A stretch of 55,884 bases of DNA from Fibrobacterota bacterium (GCA_043753995.1 JAYUVP010000252.1:1-55884), one strand, 5' to 3'; positions 17,991 through 29,731 are shown, counted from the stretch's first letter. A program made the numbers and translations. Notes: generated by a model not told the origin, from the letters alone.

Positions 17991-18236
17991 TTTTAACTCC
18001 AGCAATAGGTGTCCAACCATATTACAGGTTGGCGGGAAGACATGAAAGACCGAATCCATGAGTCGGTTTCGGCAAAATGTCAGGCGCTAAATTTCGATTT
18101 GAATTCGGAGAAATTCCATCTGCCGAAACAGGTGGGGTAGCGAAGGCCGACCGAGCTTGCCGAGTATTGCGGGCCGAAGCGAGGGGCGGGGGCGTAGGCT
18201 CGTAGCGGCCCCGCCCCCCCAAAAAGGAGACGAACT

Positions 18237-21200
18237 CTATGCTTGCAAGGCCGAGAAATCCGCCAAGTCGAGGGCCAGGTCGCGCACGCGCATCACCAGG
18301 GCTTGTCGGCTTTGGCGCACGGCTGGGTCGGGATCATTGATGAGCACGGCTTCGAAGAAGGCCGCCACTTGATTGCGCAGGGCCGCCACGGTACCCAGCA
18401 CGCCGGCATGATCTTGCTTGGCGAGGCTCGCAGCAATGGACTCCTGGGCTTTATCCAAGGCCGACAATAAGGCCTGCTCGGTGGCATGGGTCAGCAATTG
18501 CGGCTGGATAGCCGAAGCATTTATACCTGCTGACACGTCTTTCAAAATATTGCTGACGCGCTTGAACGTTTCGGCAACCGGCAAGAAGGCGGGTTCTTGA
18601 CGGAATCGCTCCAGAGCCGCGACGCGTCGATTCAAATCATTTAATTGTGTCCAGGGGGCTTTGGCCTTGATGGCGGCATCAAAGGTGTCGGCGCGAACGC
18701 CACCGGTGACCTTGCCTCGGGCACTTTCCTGGAATAAGGACTTCACGCGTCCCTGGGTGAAATCGAGTAAGCGATCGACTAAACCTTGCTTTTCTTTTTC
18801 ATTCAAGGCCGAAGCAGGATAGGCATTCGCTGCGAGTTCGAAAGCCTGCCGCAAATCGATGGGCATGTCAAAGGTGATTAGCAAGGCCACGGTAGTCCAG
18901 CAAGCGCGGCGCAAGGCATAGGGATCGGCCGAACCGGTGGGCTGCTTGCCCTTGCCGAACATGCCGACCAGGGTATCCAAGCGATCGGCTAGGCCGGCAA
19001 TGGCGGCTTCTATCGAGGCGGGGAAGGCGTCCTCGGCATTGCGTGGTAAATATTGATCACGTATACCATCGGCCACGGCTTCGGGCAAGCCCTCGCCCAG
19101 GGCATAGTAGCGGCCGATAATGCCTTGCAATTCGGGGAATTCTCCCACCATTTGCGTGACGAGATCGCATTTGGCCAATTCGGCGATACGCATGGCCGTA
19201 TTTTGATTCGCCTCAGGCAAACCGGCCTTGGCGGCGAGGGTACCCGCCAATTGCTTGACGCGTTCGACCTTGGCGAGAATGGAACCGGCTTCGCCCAGCT
19301 CCTTCATGAAGGCGACGCCAGCGAGGTCGGATTTGCGATCGGCCAGCTTGCGCTTGCGATCTTCTTGCAAGAAGAATTCCGCATCGGCGAAGCGGGCCCG
19401 TACCACGCGGGCATTGCCCTCGCGGATCAAGGTGTCGTCCTGGGCCTTCATATTCGACATCACGACGAAACGATGGGTGAGGCGACCGTCGGGCGTATTC
19501 AAGGCGAAGTATTTCTGATGCTCGCGCATTTCCGACACGAGTACTTCAGCGGGGATTTCCAGCAATTGGGCGTCAAAGCTGCAAAGTACGGGCACGGGAT
19601 ATTCCACCAGGTGAATGACTTCGTCGAGCAAGTCTTCGTCTTTGCGCCAGACAAGGCTTTGCTTGGCGGCGGTTTCCATCAGCGCTTCGCGTATGATTTG
19701 CTTGCGTTCGCGATGATCGACGATGACCGCGGCTTCGCGCAAGGTGCTGAGGTAGGCGGCTCGATCGGAAGTCACGGGCAAAGCGCGATTGTGCAGGAAG
19801 CGGTGGCCGCGCGTCAATTCGCTGCTCTCGACGCCTGCGAAGGTCATGGGAATAATGCGATCGCCGAGCAAGGCCACGAGCCATTGCACAGGGCGAACGA
19901 AGGGCGTGTGATTCCCGTCACTCCAGCGCATGGTTTTATACCAATGGATTTGGCCGAAAACCTTGGGGAAAAGCTCGGAAAGCAGAGCGGCGGCATCGCG
20001 CCCGGTTTGCTGGGCTTCGGCATAAAGGTATTGGCCACCCGCGATTTCGCGAATTTGCAAGGCATCGGGTGCCAAGTTGTTTTTGGCGGCGAAGGCCAGG
20101 GCGGCCTTGGTCCATTGCCCGGTGGCATCCTTGGCGAGGTGAGCAGGCGGGCCTTTGAGCTCTAGCTTCTGATCGCTTTGTTTTGTGCGTATCGATTTAA
20201 TCGAAATGGCGATGCGGCGCGGCGTCACATAGACTTGCATGTCCTCGGGTTCGAGCCGGGTTTCGGCCAGGGCTTTGTCAAGCAGGGTGGGCAAGTCGCG
20301 CAGCAAGGGTCCGAAAACGCGCGCGGGCATTTCCTCGACGCCGAGCTCGACGAGTAGGGGGGCACGTTCAGGTAGTGCGCCTTGGCCGGCAGCCTTGGCC
20401 GCGAGCCGTTCGGCCAGCATTCCTCCGCGGGCTTCGCCTTCGTTCAAGTTCGCCTTGCCCACGCGCCATTCGCGCAGCATGGGGAAGCCCAGGCCTTTGC
20501 GCACTTCGAGATGGGCTTCGGCCACGGCCTTGGCCAATTGGCGCACGCGCAGGATATAGCCCTGGCGCTCATTGACCGAAATGGCTCCACGGGCGTCGAG
20601 CAGGTTGAAGCTATGGCTAGCCTTCATGCAATAGTCGAAGGCGGGCAGGGGGATACCGGCGGCGCAGAGGCGTTGGCATTCCTTTTCATAGCTGTCGAAA
20701 AGGCCGAAATGCAAGGCCACGTCGGCATGCTCGAAATTGTGCTTCGAGAACTGAACTTCATTATTGTGATAAATGTCGCCATAGCTGGCAAAATCGTTAT
20801 AGCTCAGGCGAAAGACATTGTCGACTTTCTGCAAATACATGCAGAGGCGTTCGAGCCCATAGGTGATTTCGCCCATGACCGGAGCGAGATCGATGCCACC
20901 CACTTGCTGGAAATAGGTGAATTGAGTGATTTCCATGCCGTCGAGCCAGACTTCCCAGCCCAAGCCCCAGGCGCCGAGGGTGGGCGATTCCCAATCGTCG
21001 TGAACGAAGCGAATGTCATGTTGCAGGGGATCGATGCCGATTTCGCGTAGCGACCCGAGATAGAGATCGAGAATATTGGCGGGAGACGGCTTGAGCACCA
21101 CTTGGTATTGGTAATAGTGCTGCATGCGATTGGGATTGTCGCCATAGCGACCGTCCTTGGGGCGACGGCAGGGCTCTATAAAGGCCGCATTGAAGGGCTC

Positions 21201-21335
21201 AGGCCCGAGCGAGCGCAAAAAAGTCGATGGATTGAAAGTCGCCGCGCCTTTTTCCTGGTCATAAGGCTGAGCCATGAGGCAGCCATGTCGATTCCAATAG
21301 CGCTGCAACGTGAGAATGAGATCCTGAAAATGCAT
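18237..21335 (-). CDS. glyQS: Glycine--tRNA ligase, fused alpha-beta polypeptide
   Basis: GlyQ motifs ([41 protein letters not shown]) continue in frame into GlyS ([40 protein letters not shown]). Confidence 0.97.
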   Translation of the reverse strand: MHFQDLILTLQRYWNRHGCLMAQPYDQEKGAATFNPSTFLRSLGPEPFNAAFIEPCRRPKDGRYGDNPNRMQHYYQYQVVLKPSPANILDLYLGSLREIGIDPLQHDIRFVHDDWESPTLGAWGLGWEVWLDGMEITQFTYFQQVGGIDLAPVMGEITYGLERLCMYLQKVDNVFRLSYNDFASYGDIYHNNEVQFSKHNFEHADVALHFGLFDSYEKECQRLCAAGIPLPAFDYCMKASHSFNLLDARGAISVNERQGYILRVRQLAKAVAEAHLEVRKGLGFPMLREWRVGKANLNEGEARGGMLAERLAAKAAGQGALPERAPLLVELGVEEMPARVFGPLLRDLPTLLDKALAETRLEPEDMQVYVTPRRIAISIKSIRTKQSDQKLELKGPPAHLAKDATGQWTKAALAFAAKNNLAPDALQIREIAGGQYLYAEAQQTGRDAAALLSELFPKVFGQIHWYKTMRWSDGNHTPFVRPVQWLVALLGDRIIPMTFAGVESSELTRGHRFLHNRALPVTSDRAAYLSTLREAAVIVDHRERKQIIREALMETAAKQSLVWRKDEDLLDEVIHLVEYPVPVLCSFDAQLLEIPAEVLVSEMREHQKYFALNTPDGRLTHRFVVMSNMKAQDDTLIREGNARVVRARFADAEFFLQEDRKRKLADRKSDLAGVAFMKELGEAGSILAKVERVKQLAGTLAAKAGLPEANQNTAMRIAELAKCDLVTQMVGEFPELQGIIGRYYALGEGLPEAVADGIRDQYLPRNAEDAFPASIEAAIAGLADRLDTLVGMFGKGKQPTGSADPYALRRACWTTVALLITFDMPIDLRQAFELAANAYPASALNEKEKQGLVDRLLDFTQGRVKSLFQESARGKVTGGVRADTFDAAIKAKAPWTQLNDLNRRVAALERFRQEPAFLPVAETFKRVSNILKDVSAGINASAIQPQLLTHATEQALLSALDKAQESIAASLAKQDHAGVLGTVAALRNQVAAFFEAVLINDPDPAVRQSRQALVMRVRDLALDLADFSALQA

Positions 21336-21358
21336 GAATGTCCTTGAGGCTACTGGTT

Positions 21359-22600
21359 TCAGCCGAGGCTGGCGAAGGCTTGCTGAAAATCGGCGACGAG
21401 ATCGTCGGTGTCTTCAATGCCCACCGAAAGGCGAATGAGTCCGTCGGCTATACCCATGTCGGCGCGCTTCTTGGGGCCGACTTCAAAGAAAATGGTATGC
21501 GCCACGGGGATGCCGAGAGTTCGGGTATCGCCGAGATTGGGCGTACAAATCACCACCTGCATGGCATTGAGAAAGGCCATGGGATCGATGCCATCTTGCA
21601 AGGCAAAAGACATGAGGGCGCCAGGTCGGCGAAACAATTGTTGCGCCAGGGCATGCTGCGGATGCGAGGGCAAGCCGGGATAATTCACCTGGGCGACTTG
21701 TTTTTGCTCGCTAAGAAGCTGGGCCAGAGTCAAGGCATTGGCGCAGGCCTTGTCGAGGCGCAAGGCCATGGTTTCCGAACCCAGGGAAAGCGTGTGGGCG
21801 GCTTCGGGTGCTAGGGTGCCGCCGAAATCACGCAAACCCTTTTTGCGCAATTGCAAAAGGCCCCAATGGGCGGCTTCGGCCACATCTTTATAACCCTCGT
21901 AAATGTTGGGGTAATTCGACCAGTCGAAATGACCGCAATCGGTGACGCTACCGCCCAAGGCCGCGCCATGACCGCCAAAATATTTCGAAAGCGACTCCAC
22001 CGAAAAGGTCGCCTTCACCGTCGCGGGCCGAAAGAGATAGGGCGAAGTCATGGTATTGTCGACGACATAGAGGAGCTTGCGGCGTGCGCAGAGTTCGCCG
22101 ATGCGCTGCAAGTCGGCGACCTGGGTGACAGGATTGGCTATGGTCTCGACCACAACCAAACGCGTTTTGTCGGTCACGGCATTTTCGATTTGCCTCACAT
22201 CGGTGGCGTCGACAAAGCTCACCTTAATGCCGAGTTGATCGAGGGTATTGAGCAGGCTCGCGGTATTGCCGAAGAGATAGCGGCTGGCAATGACATGATC
22301 GTCACGTTTTAATAACGAAAGGAAAATACCTCCCACGGCGGCCATGCCGGTGGAAAAGCATACCGTGCCCACGCCATTTTCCATGGCGGTGATTTTTTGC
22401 TCTAGAGCTTGGACGGTCGGGCTGCCCTGGCGCGAATAGGCGAAACCCTTTTTGCGATTCTGAAAAACCGCGGCTAGGTCTTCGGCTTTTTCATAGCTGA
22501 AGGCGATGGAGGTGTGTATAGGTGTGCGCAAGGAGCCATGCTCGGGTTTACCCAGGCGCTCGCTATGCAGGACGGTTGTCGTGAAACCCTTGGAATTCAT
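21359..22600 (-). CDS. Cys/Met metabolism PLP enzyme (cystathionine gamma-synthase / O-acylhomoserine sulfhydrylase family)
   Basis: [36 protein letters not shown] (PLP Lys), [15 protein letters not shown]. Confidence 0.92.
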   Translation of the reverse strand: MNSKGFTTTVLHSERLGKPEHGSLRTPIHTSIAFSYEKAEDLAAVFQNRKKGFAYSRQGSPTVQALEQKITAMENGVGTVCFSTGMAAVGGIFLSLLKRDDHVIASRYLFGNTASLLNTLDQLGIKVSFVDATDVRQIENAVTDKTRLVVVETIANPVTQVADLQRIGELCARRKLLYVVDNTMTSPYLFRPATVKATFSVESLSKYFGGHGAALGGSVTDCGHFDWSNYPNIYEGYKDVAEAAHWGLLQLRKKGLRDFGGTLAPEAAHTLSLGSETMALRLDKACANALTLAQLLSEQKQVAQVNYPGLPSHPQHALAQQLFRRPGALMSFALQDGIDPMAFLNAMQVVICTPNLGDTRTLGIPVAHTIFFEVGPKKRADMGIADGLIRLSVGIEDTDDLVADFQQAFASLG

Positions 22601-22640
22601 GGTTTTAAACTTAGAAACCGGGTCAAGTCACAGAGTCAAA

Positions 22641-23153
22641 TCAAGTTTCAGGACGCAGCAAAACCTCAAGCAAGCCGGCGCAGGCACGATCCAGCATGGC
22701 ATAAACATTTTCGAAATGGCTGATCTCGCCGTAATAGGGGTCGGGCACTTCGGCGGCAGTCTCGGCAGTGGAATCAAAAGAACGAATCAGTCGAATGCGC
22801 CCATGCTGGCCAGCTGGACAAATTCGGCGCAAATTCTCCAGATTTTCCTCGTCCATGCAGAGAATCCAGAGAAAGTCTCGAAAATCGGTTGGCTTGATCT
22901 GGCGTGCGAAGCTGGGCAAAACCATACCATGATTGCGAGCTACAGCGATGGATCGGCGATCGGGGGGAGCGCCGACATGCCAGTCGCCGGTGCCGGCGCT
23001 GTCTACCGTAAATCGCTCCAGGGCTTTTTTCTCGCGGGCCTGATGCAAGAAAATGCCCTCGGCCAAGGGCGAGCGGCAGATATTGCCAGCGCAAATGAAG
23101 AGTACGCCGATGCGATCCTCTGCGGATTGGGTCTGGCTGCGAGGCGTAGGCAT
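22641..23153 (-). CDS. Low-molecular-weight protein-tyrosine phosphatase
   Basis: VLFICAGNICRSP P-loop, DSAGT, DPYYG; TGATG overlap with trpC. Confidence 0.95.
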   Translation of the reverse strand: MPTPRSQTQSAEDRIGVLFICAGNICRSPLAEGIFLHQAREKKALERFTVDSAGTGDWHVGAPPDRRSIAVARNHGMVLPSFARQIKPTDFRDFLWILCMDEENLENLRRICPAGQHGRIRLIRSFDSTAETAAEVPDPYYGEISHFENVYAMLDRACAGLLEVLLRPET

Positions 23154-23956
23154 CAGGCTGCCTCGGCGAGGCCGCGTAACTTTGCCGTAACCTCGGCCAA
23201 GGTAGGTTCACGCATGAGGCTTTCGCCGATAAGGGCGGCATGCGCTCCGGCCTGAACCAAAGTCTGCATATGCTCAGGCGTGAAAATGCCGGATTCGGAA
23301 ATCACAGGTATGCCCTGGGGAATTCGCGGCAAAAGCTCCAGGGTGGTTTCCAAGCGCGTCACGAAGGTTTTCAGGTCGCGATTGTTGATGCCGATGAGGG
23401 GGGCGCCCGCATCCAAGGCAATGACGAGTTCTTCCTGGGTATGCACCTCGGTGAGCGGGGTGAGGCCGATGTCGCGTCCCAGGGCAATGAGCTCGCGCAG
23501 GTCCTTGGGGGAAAGGCAGGCGACAATGAGCAAGAAAGCGCTAGCGCCGAGCACCTTGGCCTCATGTACTTGATAGGCCTCGGTGAGAAAATCCTTACGC
23601 AGGCAGGGCAAGGCGGATTCCCGGCTTAGGGCCGCCAAATAAGCGTCGCAGCCCTGAAAGTGATCGACTTCGGTCAGCACGGAAAGCGCGCTGGCGCCAC
23701 CGGCGGCATAGGCTTGGGCTATGCCCAGGGGCTCAAAGTCAGCGCGGATGATGCCGCGCGAAGGCGAGGCTTTTTTCACCTCGGCAATGACATGTAAGCC
23801 CTTGGTTTTGGGCTTGGAAAGTATCGCCAGCAGGTCAGCCTTCGGTGCAGGCAATGCCCGGGAGAGGCCTTCCATGGCCGCCTCAGGGATTTCGCTTTTG
23901 CGGTCAAGAAGGCGCTTGTGCCGCGCGGTGAGTATGGTGTCAAGAATATTCGCCAC
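23153..23956 (-). CDS. trpC: Indole-3-glycerol-phosphate synthase
   Basis: IAEVKKASPSRG, LSVLTE, LRKDF, GINNRDL, SESGI, LIGESLM; GTG start after GAGGA. Confidence 0.97.
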   Translation of the reverse strand: MANILDTILTARHKRLLDRKSEIPEAAMEGLSRALPAPKADLLAILSKPKTKGLHVIAEVKKASPSRGIIRADFEPLGIAQAYAAGGASALSVLTEVDHFQGCDAYLAALSRESALPCLRKDFLTEAYQVHEAKVLGASAFLLIVACLSPKDLRELIALGRDIGLTPLTEVHTQEELVIALDAGAPLIGINNRDLKTFVTRLETTLELLPRIPQGIPVISESGIFTPEHMQTLVQAGAHAALIGESLMREPTLAEVTAKLRGLAEAA

Positions 23957-23964
23957 GGGTTTCC

Positions 23965-25032
23965 TCAAGCCGCCGCAGGGGCCGAAGCCAAGCGCTGGGA
24001 CAAGGCGGCCCAAGCCTCCAGGGTTTTTGCTGCTGCGCCTGAGGCCAAGGTTTTTTTGGCGATAAGCAAGCCTTCCTTAAGCGAGGGTGCTAAGCCGCCC
24101 ACATAAATCGCGGCGGCGGCATTGAGAGCCACAATATCGCGCTTTGGGCTGACCTTGGTTTTCGCATCCCCGGAATCAACCGCGAGGACGGCACGCAAAA
24201 TCGCGGCATTCTCGGCGAGATCACCACCCTGCAAATCTTCAGAGGAGCACAGGGAAAGGCCGAGGTCTTCGGGATTCAAAACGTATTCGCTGATTTTTCC
24301 GTCGCGCACTTCGGCCACGCGCGTGGGCGCGCAAAGCGAGATTTCATCGAGGCCGTCGGTGCCCGAAACTACCATGACATGCTCGGAGCCGAGACTCAGT
24401 AGCACTTCGGCCAGAGTTCGAACCAAGTCGAGGCGATAAACGCCCAAGACTTGCCGCTTGGCTCCCGCCGGATTGAGCAAGGGTCCGGTGATATTGAATA
24501 AGGTGCGTTGGCCCAGCTCTTGGCGCGGGGCGGCCACATGTTTCATGGCCGGGTGTAGCTTCGGGGCAAAGAGAAATCCAATGCCGACTTCGTCTATGCA
24601 TTGGCCGACTTGATCGGGACCCAATTCCAAACTCACGCCCAATTCCTGCAAAACATTGGCGCTGCCGCAGCGCGAACTGATGGCACGGTTGCCATGCTTG
24701 GCAATGGCGAGACCGGCCGCCGCACCGACGATGGCGGCTCCGGTGGAGACATTGAAGGTTCCGCTATGATCGCCGCCGGTGCCGCAAGTGTCGACCAGGG
24801 GACCACGCCGCGTGGGCACATGCACGGCCTTGTGGCGCATAACCTTGGCGGCCGCAGCGATTTCGCTTGGGGCCTCACCCTTGATGCGCAATGCCACCAG
24901 AAAGCCGGCGATTTGCACGGGCGTCCATTGGCCTTCCATGATGCCATTCATGGCCGCTTCCATTTCGGCAGAAGCCAGGTTTTGGCCTTCGATGAGGCGG
25001 CCCAGGATTTGTTGCGGCGTAGCGGCAGTCAT
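23965..25032 (-). CDS. trpD: Anthranilate phosphoribosyltransferase
   Basis: DTCGTGGD, FNVST, KHGNR, GPLLNP, DGLDE. Confidence 0.97.
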   Translation of the reverse strand: MTAATPQQILGRLIEGQNLASAEMEAAMNGIMEGQWTPVQIAGFLVALRIKGEAPSEIAAAAKVMRHKAVHVPTRRGPLVDTCGTGGDHSGTFNVSTGAAIVGAAAGLAIAKHGNRAISSRCGSANVLQELGVSLELGPDQVGQCIDEVGIGFLFAPKLHPAMKHVAAPRQELGQRTLFNITGPLLNPAGAKRQVLGVYRLDLVRTLAEVLLSLGSEHVMVVSGTDGLDEISLCAPTRVAEVRDGKISEYVLNPEDLGLSLCSSEDLQGGDLAENAAILRAVLAVDSGDAKTKVSPKRDIVALNAAAAIYVGGLAPSLKEGLLIAKKTLASGAAAKTLEAWAALSQRLASAPAAA

Positions 25033-25039
25033 GCGCAGG

Positions 25040-25603
25040 TTACCTCAGAGACAGAAAATTCGCCAGCATGGTTTTGCCATGCTCAGTGAGTATGGATTCA
25101 GGATGGAATTGCAGACCGAAAATAGGCCTCTCGCGATGGCGCAGGCCCATGATGAGGCCATCCGTTTCCGCCGTTATTTCGAGCTCGCTCGGCAGGGAAG
25201 AGCGTTCGACGATCAGGCTGTGATAGCGCGTCGCGGTGAAGGTCTTGGGCAAATTCGCGAAGAGATCGCGCTGATTGCAGGAGATGACGGCGGTTTTGCC
25301 ATGGATGGGCTGCGGTGCGCGAATCACCTGGCCTCCGAAAGCGGCACCTAGGCTTTGATGCCCGAGGCAAACGCCCAGCAAAGGAATATCCTTCGGACAG
25401 GCCTGTATCAAAGCAATGGAAATACCGGCGTCGACGGGTGTGCAAGGACCGGGCGAAATCACAATATGGCTGGGCTTGAGCGCGATGACCTCTTCGACGG
25501 TGAGAGCATCATTGCGCACCACGCGCAAGTCGGGATTCATCTCACCCAGGTATTGCACCAGGTTGAAGGTGAAAGAGTCGTAATTGTCTAGCAGCAAAAT
25601 CAT
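25040..25603 (-). CDS. trpG: Anthranilate synthase component II (glutamine amidotransferase)
   Basis: [33 protein letters not shown]. Confidence 0.96.
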   Translation of the reverse strand: MILLLDNYDSFTFNLVQYLGEMNPDLRVVRNDALTVEEVIALKPSHIVISPGPCTPVDAGISIALIQACPKDIPLLGVCLGHQSLGAAFGGQVIRAPQPIHGKTAVISCNQRDLFANLPKTFTATRYHSLIVERSSLPSELEITAETDGLIMGLRHRERPIFGLQFHPESILTEHGKTMLANFLSLR

Positions 25604-25609
25604 GGGCAA

Positions 25610-27133
25610 TCAGTCCGGAGGAGTGAGGCGATCGCGGGCTTTGTCGACGGCGGCCACCAAGGCCCGGGCCTTGTGTGAACATTCTTCGTATTCCAATTGG
25701 GGCACGCTGTCGGCGACTATGCCCGCGCCGGTTTGCACATAAGCCACGCCGTCCTTCATCACCATGGTGCGAATGGCAATGCACGAGTCGAGATTGCCGC
25801 GAAAATCGAGATAGCAAACCGCACCGCCATAGAGTCCACGACGGGTGGGTTCCAAAGCGTCGATGATTTCCATAGCGCGGATTTTCGGTGCGCCCGAAAG
25901 CGTTCCAGCGGGCAAACAAGACATGAGGGCGTCCAGGGCATGCAATTCCGGTCGCAATTTGCCTTCGACCTCGGAGGTGATATGCATCACATGGCTATGC
26001 TTCACGACCTTCATGAAGGTCTTCACCTTCACCGATCCGTATTGGCTGACGCGGCCAATGTCATTGCGGCCAAGATCGACCAGCATGACATGCTCGGCGA
26101 TTTCCTTGGGGTCGGCCAGCAATTCTTTTTCCAGGGCAAGGTCTTCGGCTTCCGTTGCGCCCCTTCGCCGCGTACCCGCAATAGGCACGGTTTCGCAGTG
26201 GCCTTGCACGACCTTGACCAGGGTCTCCGGCGAAGCTCCGACGACTTCGAAAGACCCGTAGTCGAGGTAATACATATAGGGCGCGGGATTCACGGTGCGC
26301 AAGGACCGATAAATCGAAAATGCGTCAATGCCGGGGCGGCAAGTATAGCGCTGTGAGAGAACGATTTGAAATGCGTCGCCAGCCGTGATGTATTCCTTGC
26401 ATTGGGCCACGCCCTTGAGGAATTCCGCTTGAGTCATATTCGAAACCCATTCCGGGCCTCGCTTGCCTGCGCTCGCCATGACATCGCTCAGGCCTTGCGC
26501 TCCGCGCGGAGGCGTGGCTTGCAATTCTTGCGCGGTAAGAGGCGTCATCAATTCGGCTTCGAGCTTGGCGATTTTGGCGACGGCATGGGCATAGGCCGAT
26601 TCGACACCGCCGAATACTTCGGGCAAAACCAGACTCACCAAAAGCAGGCGCTGCATGACATGATCGAAAACCACGAAGGCATCGTAAAAGCCGAAATCGA
26701 GATCGGGTAATTGATAGTCATCACGACCCGTGGCGGGGATTTTTTCGATGAGTCGCACCGCGTCATAGCACATATAGCCCACGGCCCCGCCCGCAAAGGG
26801 AGGCAGATCAGGAATGTCCACGCCTTGAAAGCGAGCCAAAAACAGCCGTAACTCTTCCAGAGGTTGGCCGGTAAAGCTGCGGTTTTCGCCGCCCGTAATC
26901 TCGATTTTCTGATCGCGCGAACGAAACACATAAATCGGGTCGCGCCCCAAAAAGGAGTAACGCGCCAGTTTCTCTCCGATTTCCACCGACTCCAGCAGGA
27001 AGGCGCGATGCCCCTGCCGCCGCAGCTTGAGCAAGGCCGTAATCGGCGTGTCCAGGTCGGGCAGAAATTCGCGATAGACAGGAATCGCGTTCCCGCGCTC
27101 CAGCAGCGGCTTGACTTCGTCGAGGCTGAGCAT
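25610..27133 (-). CDS. trpE: Anthranilate synthase component I
   Basis: FLLESVE, NPAPYMY, ASPE, PIAGT, EHVMLVDLGRND, PAGTLSGAPKIRAM. Confidence 0.97.
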   Translation of the reverse strand: MLSLDEVKPLLERGNAIPVYREFLPDLDTPITALLKLRRQGHRAFLLESVEIGEKLARYSFLGRDPIYVFRSRDQKIEITGGENRSFTGQPLEELRLFLARFQGVDIPDLPPFAGGAVGYMCYDAVRLIEKIPATGRDDYQLPDLDFGFYDAFVVFDHVMQRLLLVSLVLPEVFGGVESAYAHAVAKIAKLEAELMTPLTAQELQATPPRGAQGLSDVMASAGKRGPEWVSNMTQAEFLKGVAQCKEYITAGDAFQIVLSQRYTCRPGIDAFSIYRSLRTVNPAPYMYYLDYGSFEVVGASPETLVKVVQGHCETVPIAGTRRRGATEAEDLALEKELLADPKEIAEHVMLVDLGRNDIGRVSQYGSVKVKTFMKVVKHSHVMHITSEVEGKLRPELHALDALMSCLPAGTLSGAPKIRAMEIIDALEPTRRGLYGGAVCYLDFRGNLDSCIAIRTMVMKDGVAYVQTGAGIVADSVPQLEYEECSHKARALVAAVDKARDRLTPPD

Positions 27134-27198
27134 GGATTTCCAGGGAGAAAAGGTGAAACCCTTAATATAATTAGCCGGATCATGGCTATTCTCTGTTA

Positions 27199-28794
27199 AT
27201 GCCGACTCTCGTTTGCCGCACCCCGCAGACCTGTCTTCAACGCGCCTCCGTCCTCGCGGCTTTGGTGCTATTGGGAATGGTCTGGCTGCAGGCTGCCCCT
27301 ATCAAGGTTTGGGTTTTGCTTCGTGACAAAGGCCCCGCGGCACCGCATGCCCCAATGGCCAGCCAGGCTTGGGAAAATGCCCCCCTGCATGCCCCGTATT
27401 TGAGCGGGCTTCGAGAAATTGGTTTTCGGCAAGTGGTGGCTTTGCGGTGGCAAAACCGGGTTTCGGGCTTTGTGGAAGCTTCAAAATTGGCCACCCTGCA
27501 AGCCTTGCCCGGTGTGCTTGCGGTGGAGGTCATGCAAAAAGCCCGCCGCCTGCCGCGCCCCTCCGCATTGCTAGGAAAAGCAAGCTTACCCAAGGTGGCC
27601 GGGGGCCAAGCCAGCCAACCTTTTGGGGTTTTGCAGTCCACCTTGGCGGGCATTGGTCTCGGGGTGGTTCGTGATAGCCTGGCCGCACGTGGCCTAGCCC
27701 CAGGGAGAGGCTTGCGCATTGCCGTGCTAGATGCTGATTTTTTTCTCGGCAATACCGCCTTCGCAGCCATGCGGGCGGAAGGCCGCATTGTCGATCAATA
27801 TGACTACGTGGCCGACCACCCCGTGTCGGTCAATAATGGTTTTGGCGACAGTCACGGGGCAACTGTGCTTTCGATTATCGGCGGAGACTCTCCCGGTCTC
27901 TTGCAGGGGGCGGCCCCTCAAGCGGAGTTTCTGCTTTATCGCACCGAAGACGATGCCACGGAAACCTATGTCGAAGAGGACTATCTCGCGCTTGCCATGG
28001 AGCGCGCCGTCAATTCAGGGGCTCAAGTGGTGAGCATTAGTTTGGGCTATCGCTATCAATTCGATGGTCAGCCCGATTATCCTTTTTCCGCCATGGATGG
28101 CCGCACGCGCCCGAGTTCGATTGCCGTGCTGATGGCGGCGCGGCGTAATGTGCTGGTGACGGTCTCGGTGGGGAATTACTCCAATGCGGAAGAATCCGGT
28201 GTGCAAGCTCCGGGCGATGCCGACAGTATCCTTGCCGTGGGGATTGCCGACACCGAGGGACGGCGTTGCTCTTATTCCTGCATGGGGCCAACGGCCGATG
28301 GTCGCATCAAGCCCGACCTATCCGGTTTAGGCCCTAATAAATGTCGTGTTTCTGCCGCCGACCCTCTGCTCGAACTAGGGTACTGGGATGTGAGTGGCAC
28401 CAGTTTTTCGGCTCCGGCACTTGCGGGCGCGGCTGCGCTTTTGCGCCAGGGCTTTCCGCTGGCATCGGCCATGGACATTCGTTCGGCTCTTTTGCAATCC
28501 GCCTCCCAAGCCAATCATCCCGACGATTCTATCGGTTATGGCGTGGCCAGGGCTGATCTGGCCTGGAAATTGTTGGCAGGCCAATCCATTGGTTTGGCCT
28601 ATGGCCCCAAAAAATTGATTTACCGTCAGGCGGGTTTGCCCTGGCTTTTACCACGCCTACCTGGAGCCGCGCAGCCCAAAGGATTCATCGACTTAAGAGG
28701 TCGTTTTTATCCTGCGACCGTTTTTCAAGTGGGGGACACCTTGCATTTATTTCCCAATACCAGACTGGGTCGCGGCATATTCTTTTTGCGGTGA
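27199..28794 (+). CDS. Secreted S8 (subtilase) serine peptidase
   Basis: Triad IAVLDAD / DSHGATV / GTSFSAP; GPTADGRIKPD; signal and propeptide. Confidence 0.93.
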   Translation: MPTLVCRTPQTCLQRASVLAALVLLGMVWLQAAPIKVWVLLRDKGPAAPHAPMASQAWENAPLHAPYLSGLREIGFRQVVALRWQNRVSGFVEASKLATLQALPGVLAVEVMQKARRLPRPSALLGKASLPKVAGGQASQPFGVLQSTLAGIGLGVVRDSLAARGLAPGRGLRIAVLDADFFLGNTAFAAMRAEGRIVDQYDYVADHPVSVNNGFGDSHGATVLSIIGGDSPGLLQGAAPQAEFLLYRTEDDATETYVEEDYLALAMERAVNSGAQVVSISLGYRYQFDGQPDYPFSAMDGRTRPSSIAVLMAARRNVLVTVSVGNYSNAEESGVQAPGDADSILAVGIADTEGRRCSYSCMGPTADGRIKPDLSGLGPNKCRVSAADPLLELGYWDVSGTSFSAPALAGAAALLRQGFPLASAMDIRSALLQSASQANHPDDSIGYGVARADLAWKLLAGQSIGLAYGPKKLIYRQAGLPWLLPRLPGAAQPKGFIDLRGRFYPATVFQVGDTLHLFPNTRLGRGIFFLR

Positions 28795-28810
28795 GCGCAT
28801 CGGCTCACCT

Positions 28811-29731
28811 TCAATGCGAAAGTGAATCCAAGAAACGCTGCAATTGCCTTTTGCGTTTGCGCTGATCACGTGCTAAATCGGCTTTTTTCGCCAGCAAGAT
28901 TTCCAATTCGATTTTAACCTGGGCCAATTCGCTTTCGGCCTTAAGATTGCTGTGCAATTGCCCGAATTCGTGATTGTCGAGAAAGGCGAGCTGCACGCCT
29001 TTGCGCTGCTGCAATTGTTTAGCCGCGAAGTCGATGGACGTGCGAACCTCTTCGCCCGCGTCCTGACCCGAAAGATGCCGCGCATGGCTGATGAGAGAGC
29101 GCCAAAAGCGTCCTGCGACTTCCAACTGGGTGTAAAAACTTTTCAATTGATTGGCCGCCTCTTCCTGATCCGGAAAAAGCAAAAGCCCCGCTCCGCCCTT
29201 GCCGAAAGTCGAACGGACTTGAAATCGCCATGGGGTTTTGGCGCCTTCCAAAAATTCGTCGAATCCTGAAAGCGTAACCATGGTATCAGGTTGCAAGGAT
29301 TTGTGGGTTTCGATACCCAGCCCTTCAGGTCCGATATCATGCACCGTAACTGGAAATGGCCCGGTCGATAGAGGCTCGTATCGGCCAACCAATTGAATGC
29401 GATACACCCGAATACGCGCGGCCCGGCGATTTTGAAGGGTATCGGTGGGATTCAGAATGCGAATTCGCACCTGCCAGCCTGGCTTGATGCTTTGCCATTC
29501 CACCACCTCTCCTTGTAGTAAAACTGGGCCTTTGGGCCAATCGTCCAAATCCGAATTCAAAGGCACTAGGCAAATTTCCAATTGCAGAAATGGTTTGGGT
29601 TTTCGTGCCAGATGGGCCTTTACGGTGAGACCATCCGCACCCAACAATTTCATGGATTGTCCATCGGCGAGGGCATAGGCCACGCCTTGCGGAGGGCTGC
29701 CTAGGCGGAGAAGAAAGTCTTCCAGAAGCAT
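28811..29731 (-). CDS. PilZ-like domain protein with C-terminal coiled coil
   Basis: NRRAARI (RxxxR) and HDIGPEGLGI (D/NxSxxG-like, with S replaced by G). Confidence 0.6.
   Translation of the reverse strand: MLLEDFLLRLGSPPQGVAYALADGQSMKLLGADGLTVKAHLARKPKPFLQLEICLVPLNSDLDDWPKGPVLLQGEVVEWQSIKPGWQVRIRILNPTDTLQNRRAARIRVYRIQLVGRYEPLSTGPFPVTVHDIGPEGLGIETHKSLQPDTMVTLSGFDEFLEGAKTPWRFQVRSTFGKGGAGLLLFPDQEEAANQLKSFYTQLEVAGRFWRSLISHARHLSGQDAGEEVRTSIDFAAKQLQQRKGVQLAFLDNHEFGQLHSNLKAESELAQVKIELEILLAKKADLARDQRKRKRQLQRFLDSLSH

Noticed and set aside
17995..18030. Sigma54 promoter for hemerythrin (TGGACACCTATTGC)
   Set aside because: GG-GC spacing is 9 nt rather than the required 10.
18183..18225. GC-rich hairpin as terminator of glyQS
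   Set aside because: The A/T tract is on the wrong side for the minus strand; single copy in the window and function unsupported.
19053..20165. 370-aa plus-strand ORF
   Set aside because: Antisense shadow of glyQS caused by codon bias.
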